Source of the DNA: Octopus bimaculoides
Taxonomy: Eukaryota
Assembly (NCBI RefSeq): GCF_001194135.2
Contig: NC_068982.1
Coordinates: 155,705,973-155,766,396, forward strand
DNA length: 60,424 nt
Direction: 5' to 3'
In this document: positions 56,000-60,424 of the stretch, in pieces
How positions within the stretch are numbered: the first letter of the stretch is position 1
Layout: the number at the start of each line of letters is the position of its first letter
Position numbers and translations under genes: made by a program
Notes under the pieces: generated by a model
Databases searched by the model: none
The model's input: the letters and a program-made list of their open reading frames with translations, nothing else
What the model was told of the DNA's origin: nothing

Positions 56000-57540
56000 T
56001 ACGAGGTACCCTTGTCACAAGTTCAGATCATTGAACAGTTCAGCTCTTTATCGTAAAAGAAGCTCGTTGCAGTTACCACTGGCGTCAATAGTCGAAATTT
56101 ATAAACTGGGGAAAATACGGACGGTGATGATGCTGAGAGAATCGAAGGATACGGAAATCAGGCATAACCCACCAGAGGTGAAAACAGCCAGGAAGTGGAA
56201 AGCAGAAGCAGAGGCTGATGACATCTTGTCTTCTCTTATACACAGAGATATGGTGGGTGCAACACAGAACCATCGGAGAGGACTTGGTTTTGGTGCAAAT
56301 CAGTTCAAACCGTTTGCAGATATGATGCGGAGCGAACGCAGATCTGTTGTTAGCAACAGCGTCAAAACAAGAGAAGCAGAGAGAAGAGAGCTTCATTTGA
56401 TCCGATGTAGTCAACAAGGAGAGATAAANNNNNNNNNNNNNNNNNNNNNNNNNNNNNNNNNNNNNNNNNNNNNNNNNNNNNNNNNNNNNNNNNNNNNNNN
56501 NNNNNNNNNNNNNNNNNNNNNNNNNNNNNNNNNNNNNNNNNNNNNNNNNNNNNNNNNNNNNNNNNNNNNNNNNNNNNNNNNNNNNNNNNNNNNNNNNNNN
56601 NNNNNNNNNNNNNNNNNNNNNNNNNNNNNNNNNNNNNNNNNNNNNNNNNNNNNNNNNNNNNNNNNNNNNNNNNNNNNNNNNNNNNNNNNNNNNNNNNNNN
56701 NNNNNNNNNNNNNNNNNNNNNNNNNNNNNNNNNNNNNNNNNNNNNNNNNNNNNNNNNNNNNNNNNNNNNNNNNNNNNNNNNNNNNNNNNNNNNNNNNNNN
56801 NNNNNNNNNNNNNNNNNNNNNNNNNNNNNNNNNNNNNNNNNNNNNNNNNNNNNNNNNNNNNNNNNNNNNNNNNNNNNNNNNNNNNNNNNNNNNNNNNNNN
56901 NNNNNNNNNNNNNNNNNNNNNNNNNNNNNNNNNNNNNNNNNNNNNNNNNNNNNNNNNNNNNNNNNNNNNNNNNNNNNNNNNNNNNNNNNNNNNNNNNNNN
57001 NNNNNNNNNNNNNNNNNNNNNNNNNNNNNNNNNNNNNNNNNNNNNNNNNNNNNNNNNNNNNNNNNNNNNNNNNNNNNNNNNNNNNNNNNNNNNNNNNNNN
57101 NNNNNNNNNNNNNNNNNNNNNNNNNNNNNNNNNNNNNNNNNNNNNNNNNNNNNNNNNNNNNNNNNNNNNNNNNNNNNNNNNNNNNNNNNNNNNNNNNNNN
57201 NNNNNNNNNNNNNNNNNNNNNNNNNNNNNNNNNNNNNNNNNNNNNNNNNNNNNNNNNNNNNNNNNNNNNNNNNNNNNNNNNNNNNNNNNNNNNNNNNNNN
57301 NNNNNNGATTTGGTTAAAAATAGACGATGAGCGATGGCTAGAGAAATATCAAGATATATTTAATAACCAGTTGATCTAGAAAGCGGGGCCTCATATCAGT
57401 GAGCGGGGATGGTGCGCATTGATGCCGTCGAGAGGTAGGCCTCGAAACGGCGCGCATTCTCTCCTGATGACCCCATACACTTGCTGGCTTCCGGTATGCG
57501 GAGTTCTTGACTGGTAGCACTTGCATGTGCAAGCTGTTTG
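56000..57540 (+). mobile_element. HERO-like (R2-superfamily, restriction-like endonuclease) non-LTR retrotransposon, 5'-truncated, centre in an assembly gap
   Basis: SLNSSALYRK...LQLPLASIVEIYK...KTARKWKAE...LIHRDMVG...RRGLG matches the HERO-type post-RT region as I recall it. After the gap: IWLKIDDERWLE...* (TAG 57377-57379), then a GC-rich 3' UTR. Confidence 0.72.
56429..57306. other. Assembly gap (largest). Other gaps: 2147-2253, 38076-38417, 43322-43623, 46403-46615, 50954-51372, 53627-53791, 58146-58155
   Basis: Runs of N, mostly flanked by microsatellites. Confidence 0.99.
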
Positions 57541-58189
57541 CAAGACATCCAGGACAATGTTCCTATTTATAAAGCAAAGGCAACTTTGGATTTCCTCTAT
57601 GCAATTGAGGTTGAAGATATGTCATGGCCTGCAAGAAGTCCCGACCTTAATCCTAATAGAAAATGCCTGGGGATATCTCACGGATGTCGTGTGCAGTGAA
57701 GGCAAGCAGTATTCATCTGCAGATGACCTTGACACGGCAATAAAGAAGGCTTGGAAAGAGCTTCCACTCGATCTGCTGCAGTAGTTCATTGGGAGCATGA
57801 AATCGCGTGTTTTTCAAGTAATTCAGGAAGGTGGTGGTCAAACACACTATTGTTGATGTATTTCATGAGAATATCATTGATATATATCATAATCTCCCAA
57901 TTTGCATCATTTTTGCAATATTATTTAACCTGGTATTATAGTTTTCAACAGGGAGTTTCTGGCTCTGTATGTTTCCTTGAATTATTATCTAGTTTATTTT
58001 TTCGATTTCAATAAATTTTACTATTGCACTGCCTTTTTCTATTTCATTTCCTATATAGAGATAAGTTTCATGAATTTGGGTAGCATAGTTCACCAGAAGA
58101 AAAAAACTAAACAAAAAAACCAAAAAACCAAAAAAAAAAAAAAAANNNNNNNNNNCCAGACAGTGTTGTGGCTTTATAGTTTTGAAGAG

Positions 58190-58218
<29 letters not shown>

Positions 58219-58220
<2 letters not shown>

Positions 58221-58745
58221 GGATGTTCGGGGCTAAATTTGGCAGTTTGCATAAAAGGAAAAGAAAATACAATATTACGTCCAAAAATAAAAGTGTTTTA
58301 AAAAAATCAAAAAATATCAACTAAGGCTGGGAGATAGTAGTTTACTGGAAATAACCGCCCTAAGCTTCCAGCACGGTCCCAAGACGGCCGTGGAACTTGA
58401 CACGTGCGTTCCTCACTGTGCCTCTGTCAAGATCGTCGAACATCTCGTTGATCTTGACCACCAGCTCGGCTTTGGTGTTGCAGGCTGGGAGGCGAGTGTC
58501 TTCCTTAACAGCACTCCGCACGTAGTAATCCATGGGATCACAATCGTGGGAATTACGAGGCCAGAAATTGGGGCTGGTGAAGTCATAGAAATCCTCTGAT
58601 AGCTACTTCTGACTCTTTCTGGAGGTATAGCAAGGAGCCGAATCCTTCTGCCACTCGTCTAGCCTTCAGCAGCAACTCTCTCTAGTCAGGGTTTGACTAC
58701 ATTTCCAGCAGCTTCACATAGCCGTCTGAACAGAGCCTAATGACC
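58219..58745 (-). mobile_element. DD37D (maT-type) transposase 3' remnant with terminal region ending in a (TA)n tract
   Basis: WQKDSAPCYTSRKSQK*LSEDFYDFTSPNFWPRNSHDCDPMDYYV has 37 residues between D and D; ends GGYFQ* at 58344-58342; TIR-like TAGGATGTTCGGGGC next to the TA run. Confidence 0.8.
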
Positions 58746-60034
58746 TGTTCAGATGACTAACAACGTGCGGACCACAGAATACCTACACTGTCCCTTCCCA
58801 CAGGCCACGGCTTCGTAGTCTTCGCAGCAGCTGTCCATGTCACGTATTGCAGCCTTTATAGTGTCCACAGAACATTGAGCAGAGTCATGAGTAATTTGAG
58901 GGAAACGGATTGTCAGAATATTTAGCACATCGGACAAAATAGCACATTGGTTATTGTTTTGGCGTTTTTACGGTCTTATCGAGGTCAGCTTTACCTTTCG
59001 TATTTTCAAGGGTCGATGACCAGTCAAGCACTAGAGTCAATGTAATCGATTAATCCCTCCTCCAAACTTCTGTCTTCGTGTACAAGAAAAAAATATATGT
59101 CAATCTACCTATGAACGGTGTGTCATCTTGCAAAGATTTATCGAAAGTATCAGAAAATGTCACGTAGCCTGCGACCTACAACATGAAACTACGTTCATTC
59201 ATCTATGTATTTGTAAATAACACATACATATATGTATCTATGCGCGCGTAAGTTTTTTTCTTTTTTACTAGTTCTTTCTAGTTTTTTGTAGTATTGTCAT
59301 TGGTTATAGAATTTCAGCCTATAACCACAGACTCACTGAGTCATTTACTGGTAGTAATTAAATTTTCTAAATTTTTTTTTCTTTTTATTTTTTACTGCCC
59401 TATGATTTATTAATAACGATAAAATATATTTTGGCTAATTTCTGAAAGAAAATCGGCATTTTTTGTATTTGCTGCCGATAAGGTAAACCGCACATGCGCG
59501 GTAAATTTTGAAAAATTAAGCATATAAGCACAAGTCATGTTTCCTATGTAGTGACTCGTGTTTATATGTTCTATCTTGGTATTCCGCTGAAGATAGCTGA
59601 CCTGGCAAAATATTTTATTTTGCTAAAATAGCTTGAAACCATGGTACGGAAAATAGATTGGTAAATGTTTTTATTTTTCATTCCCTTTCGAAATTATCCC
59701 CAATTTTGTGGTATAGAGTTTTTTGCTGCTCTTTCTAGCGGGTTAGATGTCCTACTATAGGCATCTCTGTATTTTAAACGAATTATATATATATATATGT
59801 AGGTATGTTGGTGCAAACAGGAAAAATAGAATTCAAAATATGAATATATATGTATTTTTATTAATATTTTTATTAATATTTATCAGAAGCAACAAAGTGA
59901 CTCAAAACCTGAGAGTTTCGTGCGTTGGCACACCTAAAGACAAAATTACGTATACATATACACATAAGTATGTTCATCTTTGTGTTTGTCCGTCTACCGC
60001 TTGAAAGCCAGTGTTGGTTTCTTTATGTCGGTAA

Positions 60035-60178
60035 TAATCCGTTCTACTATAGGCACAAGGCCTGATATTTGTGGGGAGGGGACTAGCCGATAACACCGAC
60101 CCAGTGTTTCGATGGTACTTAATTTATCGACTCCGAAAGAATGAAAGGCAAAGTCAACCTCGGCGGAATTTGAACTCA
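60035..60178 (-). mobile_element. SINE family A (5'-truncated), abutting a family C 3' fragment on + (59960-60030)
   Basis: Reverse complement GAGTTCAAATTCCGCCGAGGTTGACTTTGCCTTTCATTCTTTCGGAGTCGATAAATTAAGTACC. Confidence 0.85.
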
Positions 60179-60424
60179 TTTGTATGTATGTATGTATGTA
60201 GCACACACACAATGCTCACTGCCATCAACACAAAAAACTCAGAGTTGATGGAATACATCAACACAAAAACAAACATAACAAACGAAGACATAAAAACCAG
60301 CAACCCCCCGTACACAACACCGCCAGAACACATCAAAATACTACACATAACACCAACCCTGCACCACACACTAAAATCCATTTTCCCCAAGGCAGTTGGC
60401 AAATGCCAAAAATACCTGGCGAAA

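Larger units (their letters stand above)
55332..57856 (+). pseudogene. Tc1/Tc3-like DD34E transposase pseudogene (55332-55997 + ~57545-57856), split by a retroelement insertion
   Basis: MLKATKLSKIEQRKIIAL...IAKKI (HTH); [13 protein letters not shown] (1st D); GGIMVWG; ENFIF | QDN (2nd D); WPARSPDLNP(I)ENAW (E 34 residues after the 2nd D); C-terminus SMKSRVFQVIQEGGGQTHY. Several frameshifts and stops; TIRs not convincingly found. Confidence 0.88.

Noticed and set aside
57424-57470. Intact hammerhead ribozyme in the HERO 3' UTR
   Set aside because: The segment before stem II is CCGTCGA (two core mismatches), and the downstream CTGATGA is followed by CCCC, which cannot pair with CCTC to close a type-II stem.
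55100-58110. Terminal inverted repeats for the Tc1-like element
   Set aside because: Only a weak GTGAACTA match (about 55107 versus 58085) was found, not enough to call TIRs or a TSD.

Overview
This is AT-rich, microsatellite-dense eukaryotic genomic DNA with 8 assembly gaps. The SINE/LINE content looks like an octopus (coleoid cephalopod) draft assembly; that assignment is inference. Two convergent host genes can be built by hand. (1) VDAC/mitochondrial porin on +: 8 coding exons at 12308-25051, 282 aa, all GT-AG, with a probable non-coding first exon near 9.6 kb. (2) A CE4/NodB-type chitin deacetylase-like gene on -: 2 coding exons at 50382-50005 and 34941-33976, 447 aa, with a signal peptide, intact metal/catalytic motifs, no chitin-binding or LDLa module, and a GPI-like C-terminus. 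The rest is mobile DNA: several tRNA-derived SINE families including a head-to-tail SINE train at 27.5-29.7 kb, RTE and CR1/Jockey LINE remnants, a HERO-like RLE retroelement nested in a Tc1/Tc3-type DD34E transposase, a DD37D/maT remnant, MITEs, a Helentron-like element and Penelope-like elements (PLEs). The most unusual signal is a rearranged Penelope element at 40.7-42.8 kb in the deacetylase intron. Its GIY-YIG ORF runs directly into a tRNA-like Pol III cassette and a hammerhead-ribozyme half-motif, and it also shows a 255-bp fold-back, outward-facing 3' termini and a 44-nt templated insertion. Further decayed hammerhead motifs occur at about 4.4, 39.2 and possibly 1.5 kb. There is no prokaryotic system, CRISPR array or intact tRNA/rRNA gene. 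Coordinates were counted by hand: exon boundaries are exact to my reading, repeat boundaries are approximate.
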